DNA of 64,000 nucleotides. It comes from Eledone cirrhosa (Eukaryota). The DNA is taken from contig OZ024743.1 in NCBI GenBank assembly GCA_964016885.1, positions 297,600,001-297,664,000 of the forward strand. The letters run 5' to 3'. The notes under the pieces are model-generated. The model did no database searches and was not told the DNA's origin. It saw only the letters and a list, made by a program, of their open reading frames with translations. Made by a program: the position numbers and the translations under genes. Positions 42,379 to 58,172 of this stretch are shown here, one piece after another (the first letter of the stretch is position 1; each line of letters begins with the position of its first letter).

Positions 42379-42544
42379 TGAAATTTTAGTAAGTAAGTTA
42401 ATTTTTATAATTTTCTTATTTTACGTCTTTCATATAATTGTTCTGCATCCCCTTGCATTGAACCACAAAGTTACTAAGACAAAACCTATATATTTGCTAA
42501 CATAGGTATGCATCTGTATATATATGTTGGTAGATATACTAATT

Positions 42545-42637
<93 letters not shown>

Positions 42638-42666
42638 AACAAAAGATGGTTAAAGGAGTTCCATGT

Positions 42667-42735
42667 ATTTTATTATGCGCATTTCAAAAACAAACATCAT
42701 CATGCAATAATATTTGTGTTTTCATCAGATAAAAC
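42667..42735 (-). ncRNA. Hammerhead motif
   Basis: Minus strand: gttttat CTGATGA aaacacaaatat...atgtttgttttt GAAA tgcgca TA ataaaat. Confidence 0.7.
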
Positions 42736-42812
42736 AGGAGGACATGATATGAAGGCTAAAAAACACTTGTGGATAGTGCAGTTTTAAATCAACATATCAT
42801 ATATATATATAT

Positions 42813-43128
42813 ATATTGTTATACTTTGTGAACACACACAAAAACAAGATGGCGTAGGACAGAACAAAGGAGAGGCACAAAACAAAGAAAAGAATCCCCA
42901 GTCACTGAAGAGGTCACAGAATGTGTGACGAAAGAACTTTGACAATATATATCCAACCGGAAATTTAAAAATTTCTTAAATTTATAATTTAATTCATAAT
43001 AAATTGGAGTGAAAGCAACTTGTGCGTGTGTTTCTTATTGGCAACATGACCCTCCCAAAGTATAACAATATCGGTTTCAACACACGTTTTCAGATAAAGA
43101 ATCTTGCTAAACAAATTCAGAAATGAAA
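42813..43128 (+). mobile_element. Diverged solo pLTR with hammerhead 42901-42943 and short 5' inversion
   Basis: gtca CTGAAGA g gtcaca-gaatg-tgtgac GAAA gaactt tgac. Shares aagatggcgtagg and tgaccctccc.aagtataacaatat with the 54.5-54.9 kb pLTR. Confidence 0.75.
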
Positions 43129-43164
43129 TATATATATATATATGTATATGTATGTATATATACA

Positions 43165-43288
<124 letters not shown>

Positions 43289-43303
43289 GAATATATATAT
43301 ACC

Positions 43304-43358
<55 letters not shown>

Positions 43359-43848
43359 CATTTCTGAATTTGTTTATATATATTAAAATAATTTGGATTT
43401 TAGTCTTCGCATTTATTATTATTACTATATATATATATATACATACTAACAGAATGACCCGGCGTTGCTCGGGATTTGCTCTCGGGTTCTTATATATTTG
43501 ATATATATAATTCGTCGTACATTGCCAGGGGGGGGGGTCCGTTCGAAGAAAATCAATACTTTATCGCGAAATAAATACTTTTGTTTATATTTTGTTATTG
43601 TGTATGCAAAAATCATATATATTTATCCTTATCGAGCCTCGTGAAATAAATACGTTTGTTTATATTTTGTTATTGTGTATGCAAAAATATCTGTACACGA
43701 ATATATAATTATATATATATATATATTAAAATAACAGATTAAAGTTTAAGCAAAGAATCGCTGCTTTCACCCTTAACGGGATCTTCTGAAACTAAAATTA
43801 AAAAATCAATCTGTGAACGCAGAAATAAATATTTCGGAAAACGTTACA

Positions 43849-43906
<58 letters not shown>

Positions 43907-43917
43907 GCACACGCACG

Positions 43918-43980
<63 letters not shown>

Positions 43981-44718
43981 CTACGTCATAATGACGTAAT
44001 GCAGACAGCCAGGCATACAGACAGATATTATAAGGGCGCAACGTTATATCTATGTATCTATCTAAAAAGAGAAAGACTAAGAGTTATATAGAGAGATCGC
44101 TAAATCGCCTAATACGGTCCCTAGGGCATTGAAATTTAAATTATTTCTTTCTAAAACCACTCACAGGACCATAAGTATTACATGTGTAAAGTTTGAAAAA
44201 ACTCGGATGGGTGGTTCTCGAGTTTTAGTGATTGAACAGACAGACAGACAGACATTCTCTGTTTTAGATATATATATAGAGAGAGATTTGTTGTTCTACA
44301 GTTAGATGAATGGCGCACAAAGGGTTAATGTTTTTTTATCAATAAAAGACGGATTAAAGCGACCTACAATGTATTATTCTGCGTTGATGTTAGCGGTTTT
44401 CGTTATTGTCAATGGGGTTTTTGACCGGCAAATTCGAGACCCTTCTATATCTCCCTCAATAATCTGACTACTGCGGATGGTAATGGGAGTCCTATGTAGC
44501 AACAGTAACATTGACATTGTTTACAACATGTCAATCTGCGGAGGATATAGTAGTGGCCGTTTGATGTTGGGGAAAACTGTGAAGGTTTCATCCGAACTGT
44601 TTCTGGTCATTCCTTCTGCCTGTGGTTGTTTCCGAATTCCTGAATTATACCTGATTGAAGGAAGGGTGGTAATATGAAGGTGTAAATTCGAAATTGTATA
44701 AAACCTTAGTATAAAACC

Positions 44719-47700
44719 TTACCTTGAGTTAGTCCGTTTGAGCACACATGGCATCTTGGCGTAAAACCTCTTGGTAGACAATGTTCTTTGTTTCCATCGT
44801 GGAGTGTACGCGAAAAGACTTTCTTTGTTCCCCACTCTGGAGCAGCTTACGTATAGTTGAGCGTGTGAGAAGCATGATTCTATCAAGTGAAGTCCTGCCA
44901 CCGAAAGTGTCTGCCCCTGGGACTTGTTGATAGACATGGCAAAACTTATGCGAAGCGGAAATTGAAGGCATCTGAAGGTAAATGGAATTTCTTCACCTGA
45001 TGGAATGAGTGGTATTCTGGGAACGAACACATCCTCTCCTTTTCCACACCCTAAAATAACGATGGCTTCAACGATGTGCTGCATTACCTTCTTTATAACC
45101 AGACGTGTGCCGTTGCAAAGTTTTGGAGGGTCCAAATTCCTAAGAAGCATTATTGGAGTTCCAATTTTTAGTCCCAGTCTATGAGGGGGAAGTCCAGGAG
45201 GTTCTAGCGAATTGAGGAATTCAACGGGGTAGTTTACCGCTTGGTCTTGGTCGGAGACTGTATCGACGGACTTGTAAATATGCAGCCTTCCAGGAAGAGA
45301 TTGCAACAGTTGCTCGTTGATAGCGTTCACTGTGCTGGTTTTATTTGGAGCTAAAATAGCTCTTTCGCATCTTGGTAGTTATCAGGAAGACTGGGAAACA
45401 CTTGAGCCTTGAGGTCCTCGGCTGTGTTGACAGTGGTACAAATCGGACTGAGTGACAATTCGCCATCTCCATCGAGGGTGATCTTGTCATCGCCAAGTGA
45501 CAAAATATCCGAAGCAAACTCTGCTGCCAGTTGTTCGCCGTGCAGTTAGGCTCTCATGTTAGTTGTCAGGGTCAACGTTGTTACATTTTGCCACAACGAA
45601 GAGGACTTGAGGCACGCCCGGACTTCATCTTCCCTGGTTCCCTTGGGAATAACGGGAAGGGTCTGTCGGAAGTCGCTGGATAAGAGAAGGGTGACACCTC
45701 TCATCGCAGTCTGGCAGTCTCTGATGTCTTGCAAAGTAGTGTCTATTGCTTCCAGAGCTCGTTTAATGGTCATGGTACATTCATCCCACACTATGAGCTG
45801 ACACCTTCGGAGAACCAGTCCATTGTCCGAAGTTTTGATAATGTTGCAGGACGGTGTTTCGGATGTCGCCAAGTTCAGGGGGAGCTTAAAGGCTGGGTGC
45901 GCTGTCCTACCGCTGGGTAACAAAGTTGCAGCAATACCAGAGGATGCCACGGCTCACGCGATGTCCCTGTGCTGCCTCACTTTGGCTAGAAGAAGCTTAG
46001 TTAGAAACGTTTTTCCTATCCCTCCAGGTGCATCTAGGAAGAAGACTCCCCCTTTCCGGTTTCGCACATGGTCGAAAATAGTGTTGTAGGCCCGCAGCTG
46101 TCCCGGAAGGAGTTTTGGCTCTGTTTCACGGACGTATAGGGCAAGAGCGTCAATATCATAGGCTGTTTCGCGAATGAACTCTGTCGGAAGGTTATTCATC
46201 CCTGTCCGTACTGGTTGCGGCAGCCCGTACGTTGGCAAAGTATTCCCACCCAGTGAAACAGTCCTGTTTTCCACGTCAATCAAAGCACAGTTGTAGACGT
46301 CGTCACTGACAGCATCAAGGCTAGGGTACCGCAATTGTGCTTGGTTGTAAAAGTCTTCCGCCAGGGCATCTCTATACTTCAACCACAGAGAGACGGGATC
46401 TGAGACTTCGCAAATGTACAGAAGCACTGCAAAGATAGCCCTGAGACTTTTCGGCGACTGAAACGGCAGCCTCTGCGAGCGTAGCATCCCACTGGGCGCA
46501 GTCTTCTGACAGTCCATGTCTTAAGCAGGCCTCTCTGAAGGTAGCGCAAAGCTGATCGTTGACTGTTTTCAAATCTTGGTAAGACGTTGGTCCCCTTACC
46601 TCGTGAAGTAGCAGACGAAGGTAGAAACACTCTTGTTGGCTTGGATGAACTGTGTAAACTCTCCCGAGGCAACTGTCAAATTTAATGGCAGGGTATCCAT
46701 CAACGTTTTGGCCCTTCTTCCTCCATTGCCATTTCTTTTTTCCCCAGATATAATAGAACGGCACCTGTGGCTACAGCAAGGTTTGGGCGAATGGATCGAC
46801 TTGACAAAGGTTAAAGAAGGCAGTGTACTTCGCTCCCTCGACCAATCGAGCAGCAGTGGAAGCAGTGAAGTATACGCGTTGACCTTTTTCAAGGTGAACA
46901 GCAAGTTGTTGGATGGGTGGGTGCCTTTAATGCAAGGAGAAACCAAAAATGCGCCAGAAAGCTTCGTTACTGCTTATGTACTTACCCACTTGGTAATTCA
47001 CGGAGTTGCAAAACTATACGTTGACGTGAGCGTCAAACGCCTTGGACAGAATAGGGCAGTATGGCACTATCCACCTGTTATCTACTTCGTATGACCCAAT
47101 GTGCACTGTAAACCCGCCATCTGCCAGTTTTCTTCGTCTGTACTGTGGGTATCCATCTTTGCCGGTCTGGGTCTCTCGAAGAAACTTCTTCGGAAATTTT
47201 TTGCTGCAAACCGAATTTCTCAAGCATGGTGAGTGTAGGTTAAATCCACGCTCGCATGGACCATGAACCATGTTTGCCCGCACTATGTTAAAGAGGTTTT
47301 TGTCAACAGAGGGATTGGGGAGTTCTGCAGAGATAAACCTGTCAATGTTGATGGAGTTAATCTTTGTTGACATCCAAATAAGAATACGGGCATGTGGCAG
47401 ACCACTTTTTTGCCACTCAACTGTGTACATGTCGCATTTTACAAGCCCAAATACCTGCCCTTTCTTGATAAGGTCCATGAGGTTTTGTAACTTTAGTCGG
47501 AAGAGCCTGGGTAGAAGGTCATGCCTGCCTTTGGCCTTCTGGCCTTGGAAGAGTTCAGCCTCGATCTCCTTCCACATGGGGTTGCAGGTAAAGGTAATGA
47601 ATAAACGGACCGACCGTAGTGGCGCACATATGTCATGGCGTCTTGCGTCCCCTCTCATGCATATACCGCGGACCCCCGGTGAAGGTGGAAGGCAAAATGC

Positions 47701-49423
47701 ACACCTGCTCTAAGCCTCCCGGAGCAACGTCATTGTTGATACCATCTCGAAGGTGAGTGTAACTCTCTGAACGCAGCTTTTGTTGGTTGTACCTGATGTA
47801 GCGCAGCCTCTCAGACTCCATCTTGGCGCACATGTCGACTGCAAATTGATGGAATAGCTCGCGTGAACTGTGGAGATGATTCAGGCAGTTGCTTCGGGCC
47901 ATGAAGCAGTATGCGTAGAACATGCAGGAAACTTGTTTGCTGCTGCACTCGTCTGGTCTGTGGGGATTACGCTGGTGAATGCCCAAATGGTAACCGTCTT
48001 CTCCATTCACGAAGAGCAAGGGGTATTGTAGCGCGTCGTAGGATCTGTGGGTTTCGCTGATTCGCTTAAGAGTACTGTCGCGACATGTGAGAACGATGCC
48101 CTTTGGATTTTGCTGCTCACCTTCAAGTACAATGGCGATTTCGTTGCATTTAGGCGGATTATAGCGGCCAGCATGCTCTCCAGATGGCCGTTTGTCAGCA
48201 TTAATGACAACATTAAAATTGGGATTGATGCTGTTTCTAACGCATACTCAAAACTCTGCACATAACTGTTTTTTGCATGTAACATCTCTTGCAGCTGCAA
48301 TGTCAGCTCGAAATTAATGCCGGGTCATATAGTGTTTCGTCTTCTCGCTTGCTCTTGGTAGCTGCCAACGAAGTACAGTTGAAGAAACTGAGGATCTTGG
48401 TTGGCAACGGGCTGAAGTGGTCCTATCCTTTGGTAAACCTGCCTCTGGACTTTAAACATAGGCATAAACCCATCTTCCCTAACGATATTCGCCCCGAAAG
48501 AGGTCATTTGAAAGGCACAGTTGTACTTTCTGGTATTACTTAGGAAATGCTTTGATTCTGGGGTTGTGCCTGTAAGAAGCAGCAGCAATGGCTGGGGCGG
48601 ATCCTCAAGAGCGGGTAATTTGACCTTTCCCCTTGCGCAATACATTCCGGCTGCTTCTCCTGACCACTTATTCGCAGAGCAAAATTTGCAAGTATCTCGC
48701 ATACTGGAAATTGACATGTCTGGATGGTTAGCATAATCGCTGTCGGGCCTATATTCAAATCCTTCTAGTAGCCATCTTGAACTACATGGCCTTGAAACAC
48801 CCTGGCGAGTATTTCTACGCTGGGCGATACTCTCCAGGCGACGCCGTCAGGTGTCGGAAGTCTCAGCAGCTCGGGCGGCAGCAGTTGATGCAGCATCTCC
48901 TGCCTGACGCAAGGCACGCTGTTCTGCACTCTCGGCAGCACGGGTGGCAGCAGTTGACGCAGCATCTCCTGCCTGACGCAAGACACGCTGTTCTGCACTC
49001 TCGGCAGCACGGGTGGCAGCAGTTGACGCAGCATTTTCTGTTTGACGTAGGGCACGCTGTTCTGCACTCTCAGCAGCATGGGTGACAGCAGTTGATGCAG
49101 CATTTTTTCTTATACGCAGGTAACGCTGTTCTGCTGTCTCAGCAGCTCGGGCAGCGGCTTTTAATGCAGCATTTCGTGCTTTTCACAGGACACACTGGTC
49201 GTCATTCTCAGCAGATCGGACGTCGGTTTCTGATAAATAATTTTGTTGCCGGTCTAAGGTCACGCTGTCCGTCACTCTCAGCAGTTCGGGCAGTGGGTGT
49301 TGATGCATCGTTTTGCAATGGGCTAATAGCAACTTCTGGGGACTGTTTATTTGCTCTCCTCCTTTGCAGTCTTTTTGAAAAGGGCGTTTTTCTTCCGAAG
49401 CAAACTCTCTTCTTTAAGGGCAT
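44719..49423 (-). pseudogene. Helitron Rep/PIF1-helicase pseudogene (many frameshifts and stops)
   Basis: RKYNCAFQMTSFGA, ILPSTFTGGPRYM, FITFTCNP.W, VEWQK.GLPHARILIW (HUH), [57 protein letters not shown]. Confidence 0.95.
48861..49215 (-). repeat. 69-bp (23-codon) tandem repeat, ~5 copies, in the RepHel N-terminus
   Basis: Unit tctc.gcagc.cggg.ggcagcagttga.gcagcat...cacgctgttctgcac; encodes AEQR..RQ..DAASTA..RAAES-type helical repeats. Confidence 0.85.
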
Positions 49424-51906
49424 AGCCTAGGATATATTAAACAACAACGTATAACTTGTGGATGCAGAAAACCAGGTGCAAGGGGGGCTAGTAAGTTTAA
49501 GTGTCTGTTCATGCTTAGGTTAGTTGATGTAGAAGATGTTAATAGTGTTCAGTCTAAAACTAACTTGGGTAATAGGTTAGTTGTGACCGATTGTCGAACC
49601 ACCGTAAGTGTATGCATCAGTCCTTAACCCTATGCCCCTCTACAGTGCCTCAACAACTACAATTGTCGACTTAGCTTAAGACAGTTTGCCTTAACACTAT
49701 CTCACCCCTCTGCACTGTATTGGCTGTACCAAGATAGATAGAAATTACTGCTTGACGCCAGCGTATGTGATTTTTATAGATGTGGGGATGTTTTGGTGGG
49801 GGCTTTCTAAAAAGATCCATTATTTCTATCTATGTACGTAATGGGGCATATGGCTTGGTACTAACACCAATAATAATATGTGCAACAGGTGTAAGTGATT
49901 ATGTCTCAGAAAGTTTTGCAAAAAAATATTAAAGCAACTGGGGTAAGTGGGAATGTCTCAGGACTGTTAGCCAAACAATTAGTAAATGACACTTACTGAT
50001 TGAAAAATAAGCCGACCGTCGGGAAGGTATTCTCAAGTGTAATTGTTAACCTGGGCTGGCTTGGCTCGCTTATATTATATATTAAAATAACAGATTAAAG
50101 TTTAAGCAAAGAATCGCTGCTTTCACCCTTAACGGGATCTTCTAAAGAAACCCTAAAAATCAATCTGTGAACGCAGAAGTAAATCTAAACTATAATAAAG
50201 TAAGGAGCGCGGGACTGCGTACGGTTTATAATTTTTTATCCCATTAGTAAAATAAGTTGGATTACTTTGAATAAGTAATGAATGAATATTACACAATTTA
50301 TCTACTAAATTTCATGGCTGTTCATTAAATATATTTTATAGCTTATTTAAAGATTCACTTCTTTAAAATTTTCAAATGTCAACACTTCCGGTGGCCATCG
50401 CTTAAATAAACATATTAATTTTCTGTCACTAATTTTCTTCTAATGCAGTTTATATATAATATCGTCTTTTTTTAATGTGTCATGGATTACGTTACTGATT
50501 ACATAAGAGAGTGTAACACAGTCTTCGTTCAATTTCTGTGTATATTGTCAATTACGATTTTATTTGACGTATCATATCTACATGTATATATACTTGCGTA
50601 TAATATCAATATACACATTACACATGCTAGCAGAAAACCTCCCGAAAGGTGGTTTTTCTGCTAGTATTTCTAAAATCGTTGCAACCGAAGGAAAACAGGC
50701 AGACGATACTTTGGTTCGTGAATACGTTGCCTGGCAATGAACAGAAAATAGCGACATAATACGTGATCAATGTTTGTCATAATGCCGTAATGCAGACAGC
50801 CAGACATACAGACATATTATAAGGGCGCGACGGAGATCGATAACCGGCGCCTAACACCCCTTTAACAACAGAAAATTGAAAAATAAAAGCTGCACTTAAT
50901 ATCTTTAGATCGCAAGGAATATATAAATGCAAGTTTGAAGTCAATCGGAGTAGAAATGTGGATTTGTATAGACTTTGCAAAAATGAGGACACACACAGAC
51001 ACACAGACAACAACAGTTTTATATATAGAGATATATAGATATATATAAGTAAGCGAGATATCGTTTAAGGTAATCCAAGTAGAGGTTATGAGTAATCTGT
51101 ACCGTGGATGATTCTAACGTTCGGCGTTGTTTGACTCGACAGGATATTTACTTAGTTGTGGTGTTCAGGTGGCCGATTCCAGACAGTTCCTATGTAAGTG
51201 GTAATAATAAAGGAGTGAAGAATTACACTGATCAGCTATACAGTAGGGTTTATTGCGAGTATTAACAAATGTTTCATTGCTCCAGTGTGTCTAAAAGTCG
51301 CTATCTGTAGTGCTACTATGATAATCGATTTTCGAAATACTCAGTATTTTAGACTCTTCAATAACATTATAGGAACACAACAAAACCTCATGAATTGAAT
51401 CATACTTATTAATAGAGTATATGAAGAAAAACAATATAAAAACTATGAAAGCTTCTTAATTCAGTAATAAAGTATTCTATCACTAGGAGAATTATTAGTT
51501 AAAAGATTAATAGCTTTAAAAAAATATCATTAATAGAGGTGAAATGATTATACTTAGGAATTTTTATTATACTTTTGTAGCTGTCTCGGTGGCTTAGTTG
51601 GGGGAACCATAGTTGGTGGTGATCCTGGTCGGGAGTAGGGTTCCCAGTAAACCTTTTTCAGGTTTTTTCTATGGGTTATAGTACCTCTTGACCAGGATTG
51701 AACCTTTGGCCAGGATCTTGACATCTACTAGACTATATTTTAACCTGTAATCCATGTTTCATTTCTGTTGCACTTCAGCCCCCCCCCCCCTACTCTCTCT
51801 TTCTCTCTGTGATATTTGAATCTACAATGATTTGGGCTTACTTTATTCATATATATATGTTTTTGCATGTCAGATTCAAACTTACAATGATTGGCATTAT
51901 ATGTAT

Positions 51907-52045
<139 letters not shown>

Positions 52046-52268
52046 AGAAAAACCACAGACCCTCCATCTCAACTCACCTTTTGAAAAGCAGAAGAACTGC
52101 GAAACCGGTAAAGGAACCAAATAAATATATATATTTTTTTTAAAAATAAGACTCCAGTTGCATTTTCGATTTCATCTCTTTTTCTTTATACTTTCACTCG
52201 TGTAGGACACCTCGGTTATTTTTCATTTTGTAAAAAAAAAAAAAAAAAAAACCTCACTTTCTAATATA

Positions 52269-52311
<43 letters not shown>

Positions 52312-52316
52312 GGGTT

Positions 52317-55013
<2,697 letters not shown>

Positions 55014-55171
55014 AGGAGGTTATAGTTCACTTGAAGCATTGTGTAAAGAGGTATAAACGTTAGAATATGTGTAATAAGGCCAAGACAATGCAGATATGGA
55101 CATAGAAAAAAGAATGCAATAGTGAGAGATATTGATGAGAATTCGTCTTTCACCTTGAATTTATTTAAATG

Positions 55172-55208
55172 TCCTTAATTTTCGAGATAATATCTCTTCT
55201 TCGGAGGA
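55172..55208 (-). ncRNA. pLTR hammerhead with CCGAAGA core (mirror at ~58812-58849 +)
   Basis: Minus strand: tcct CCGAAGA a gagat-att-atctc GAAA atta agga. Confidence 0.6.
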
Positions 55209-55589
55209 AAGTAAAAGTCTCAGACCAGCGTCTTAAATTTCCAATGAAGCCATGCTGACCGGAAATAGTATAGAGTTCTAACTTTAATATCAAAGAATTA
55301 AAATTAGGTGGGTAAAGAGTAGTCTCCCTTTAAGAGAGGTTTGTTATTGTTTTTGTTGTGTTTTTTAAATTTTATATGCGTGCCTGTATATGTGTGTGGG
55401 AGAAAGCATGAAGGTGTAGGTATGTGGGTGTGTGTGTGTGAGTGTGGGAAGATAGGTCTAATCGTAAAAGTGGGGGGTAGGTGTTATCTAGTGTTAGAAC
55501 TGGTTTTGTGTGTGTATGTGTGAGAGAGAATAAGTGGAGGTGTGCGCGTGCGTGTGTGTGGGGTGCGTAAAGTGGGGCTAGAGGCCCTA

Positions 55590-58172
55590 TCAGGTTATAA
55601 ATTGGGTGTTGAGCTCTAGTCTATTATTGATTGGTGGATGTGTTCTATCTATAATGAGTGCTTCCTTGATTCTAAGATTGCCGAGGTTTCTTTCTTTAGT
55701 TTCTATCCTAACTGTTATGTTTTTATCAGTGTTTTTGCATTTAACTAGGTGTTTCTTAAATGAGGAAGCGTTAGTATTGAGGTGTTCTTTTATTCTTATG
55801 TGGAGTGGTCTGGTGGTGCTACCTACGTAGAAGTTGTTGCATTTGTCACACTCTAGTCTGTAAACTACGTAAGCCTGGTGGCATAGGTCTGTGTCGTTGA
55901 TGGGGCAGTTGGCTAGTCTGCAGCGGTTGTCATGTCTGGTGGAGTGTCTCTTAGCTAGCCGTCCACGCAAAGAAGGACCCGAATGGGCCAGTTGAATATC
56001 CAGACCTTCTCGTCTGATGGCTCTGCGGATGGCTGTTGTTGTTTCTTCACTGAAGTGTGGGAGCTTCAGGAAGCAAGTGTTAGTGCCTCGGGTGTGGTGT
56101 CCTCTGTTCTTTCTGGCACGGTTTGTGGTGGATGTCGTGTATCCGTTCAGTTTGAGTACTTCCAGGAAATGTGTGGTGTGTGTGTCTCGGTCTCTGGCGT
56201 CGGTGCATTTGTTCTTGATACGTGCCAGTTCGTTCTTTATGTATCCGAACTTGGCACCGAGTGGGAGGGCCGATCTGAAATGTACGAACAGGTCCCTGCT
56301 GGCGGATTTTTTATAGAAGCAGGTGTGGATGTTGCCTTCCTCTGTTACCCTGAGTTGGAAGTCCAGCAGGGATAGGGATCCGCGGTCATCGGGGTGTTCT
56401 ATGCTGAACTTTATACTGGCGTCCATGCTGGAGAATGTTGTGTATATTTTCTCTGCCTCTTCACGGGATGATGTAAGGATGAGTATGTCATCTACATATC
56501 GGGTGAAGAAGGCATGGGAATGGCAGGTGTTGAGGGCTCGGCATTCTAGTTGGTTCATGTAAGTGATGGCCAGCAGGCCAGAGAGGCTGGATCCCATGGG
56601 TAATCCTGTTGTCTGTCTGTATGTGTGGTGGTGGAAGGTGAAGAACGTGTTGTCTACTGTGAAGGACAAAAGTTGGTGTATGTCCGTCGGGTGGAGGCCG
56701 TAGCAGTGGATGTTCTCTGCGACCACGCAGTCCGTCAATAAATCGACAGCTGGGTGAGCGGGGACTGTAGTGTAGAGGGAGACAACGTCGAGGCTAAAAG
56801 CGTATTTATTAAGTTTAAGTTGTTCTGGCTGGAGTTGGTGTAATCTACGTATAACTTCGTCGGAGCTACTGACATGTCCGGGGAAGGTGGAGAGTAGAGG
56901 CTTGAGGACCTGGGAGAGAAGCCAGGAAATTTTGTATAGGGGTCCTTCTATGCTAGAGACGATGGGTCTTATATGCGTCTTAGTGCTATTCTTGTGGGTC
57001 TTGATGAGGTGGTAGAAAGTGGGCAGTCTGCTATTTCTAGTGGTGTAGTTGAGTTTAATTTTATTCGGGAGTTGTCTTCTCCTACAGATATCGAACCAAA
57101 TGGAGTTGGTCTGTTTTTCGATTTGGGCTGCGGTCATGTCCGGGATCACTGTGTACAGTTCACTGTCGCTTAGGTGTTCGAAGGCTAGGTTATTGTATGT
57201 GGCTTGAGAGATGACGCAGAACTCTTTACCTTTGTCGGATGGTAAGTAAATAAGTTCCTTATTCCGTAGGTTCTTCAGGGCGAGTTGTTGTGTCCTGGAG
57301 AGGTTAGGGGCCATCTTCTTCTGTTTCCGTAAGATGTTAAATACGGAATGTTTTAGTCTCGAGAGTTTTTCTTCCAGCTCGCGGTTGGCGGGCGGTGGAT
57401 AGAGTGGGCGATCTAGTTGGTATATCGGGAATCTGGGTGTGGTGGATTCCGTGGTGTTGTTGTCGAGAGTCGATATCCATTTCAGTTGGTAGGCAGTCCG
57501 ACAGAAATTCGTTTCTATGTCGAGCCATAGTCTGTCGTCCAGTCTCTGTTTCAATATGAACTTGGGACCCAGGCTGAGGAGGTCTAATTCCTCTCGGGAG
57601 AGGGATCCTGTCAAGTCTGTGACGAGGTGTTTTGCGTCAGGTGTGTTGTTGGTCGGGGTGCCGCTAGGTTCGGTGTTGGTAACGTATTGTTCGCCTCTGT
57701 TGGTGTTTGGCGTTGGGATGTTGTTAAGACAGTTGGCCGTCCTGAGTTTGAGAAATTTTTGTGTTAGGCGTATTTTCTCGTAGTCTCGGCGGTGGTGGTA
57801 TGACCTGTCTATAGTGGCGGAGATGACCTTGGACAGAGGTTCTGGGGTTTCAGCGAGTTGTGGTACAAGGCTGGAGATAGTCCGTATGTGATGTTGTAGC
57901 GTGCGGTGTAGGTGTTGTATGAGTTTTCTTAGGCAGAATTTTTGTATGTAACTGAGTGATCGTTTGAGGCCTGGTGAATTGAAGCATGTTGGTAGGTGTA
58001 AATTTTTGATGGTTTTGGGAATGATGTTGTTATTCAGGCATCGTTTTAGGAAATTTATTTGGCAGCCGGCTTTGGCGCGCTTTTCAGATAGATAGAAGAG
58101 TTTCTTTACAGCTGTGAACTGGGCCTGGCTCAGGCGTAATGAAAGGAGGAGGTTATAGTTCACTTGAAGCAT
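55590..58172 (-). CDS. Intact PLE polyprotein, 860 aa (RT + GIY-YIG endonuclease)
   Basis: ATG at 58172 (MLQVNYNLL). FLKRC...IPK, LLSLGPKF, SDKG, KTHK..RPIVS, LDVVSLYT, GLPMGS, RYVDD, YVVY..CDKC..YVGST.R..RIKEH, EALII..P.IN. No stops. Confidence 0.93.
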   Translation of the reverse strand: MLQVNYNLLLSLRLSQAQFTAVKKLFYLSEKRAKAGCQINFLKRCLNNNIIPKTIKNLHLPTCFNSPGLKRSLSYIQKFCLRKLIQHLHRTLQHHIRTISSLVPQLAETPEPLSKVISATIDRSYHHRRDYEKIRLTQKFLKLRTANCLNNIPTPNTNRGEQYVTNTEPSGTPTNNTPDAKHLVTDLTGSLSREELDLLSLGPKFILKQRLDDRLWLDIETNFCRTAYQLKWISTLDNNTTESTTPRFPIYQLDRPLYPPPANRELEEKLSRLKHSVFNILRKQKKMAPNLSRTQQLALKNLRNKELIYLPSDKGKEFCVISQATYNNLAFEHLSDSELYTVIPDMTAAQIEKQTNSIWFDICRRRQLPNKIKLNYTTRNSRLPTFYHLIKTHKNSTKTHIRPIVSSIEGPLYKISWLLSQVLKPLLSTFPGHVSSSDEVIRRLHQLQPEQLKLNKYAFSLDVVSLYTTVPAHPAVDLLTDCVVAENIHCYGLHPTDIHQLLSFTVDNTFFTFHHHTYRQTTGLPMGSSLSGLLAITYMNQLECRALNTCHSHAFFTRYVDDILILTSSREEAEKIYTTFSSMDASIKFSIEHPDDRGSLSLLDFQLRVTEEGNIHTCFYKKSASRDLFVHFRSALPLGAKFGYIKNELARIKNKCTDARDRDTHTTHFLEVLKLNGYTTSTTNRARKNRGHHTRGTNTCFLKLPHFSEETTTAIRRAIRREGLDIQLAHSGPSLRGRLAKRHSTRHDNRCRLANCPINDTDLCHQAYVVYRLECDKCNNFYVGSTTRPLHIRIKEHLNTNASSFKKHLVKCKNTDKNITVRIETKERNLGNLRIKEALIIDRTHPPINNRLELNTQFIT

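Larger units (their letters stand above)
43446..51028 (-). mobile_element. Composite Helitron (decayed RepHel flanked by non-autonomous modules)
   Basis: Minus-strand 3' end CCCGAGCAACGCCGGG..TTAG|T at 43446-43473. TCTATATAT..TGTCTGT-type 5' ends at ~44280 and ~51028. RepHel lies between them. Confidence 0.7.

Noticed and set aside
48861-49215. Regularly spaced repeats resembling a CRISPR array
   Set aside because: Contiguous 69-bp coding tandem repeat without unique spacers, in a eukaryotic Helitron; no cas genes.
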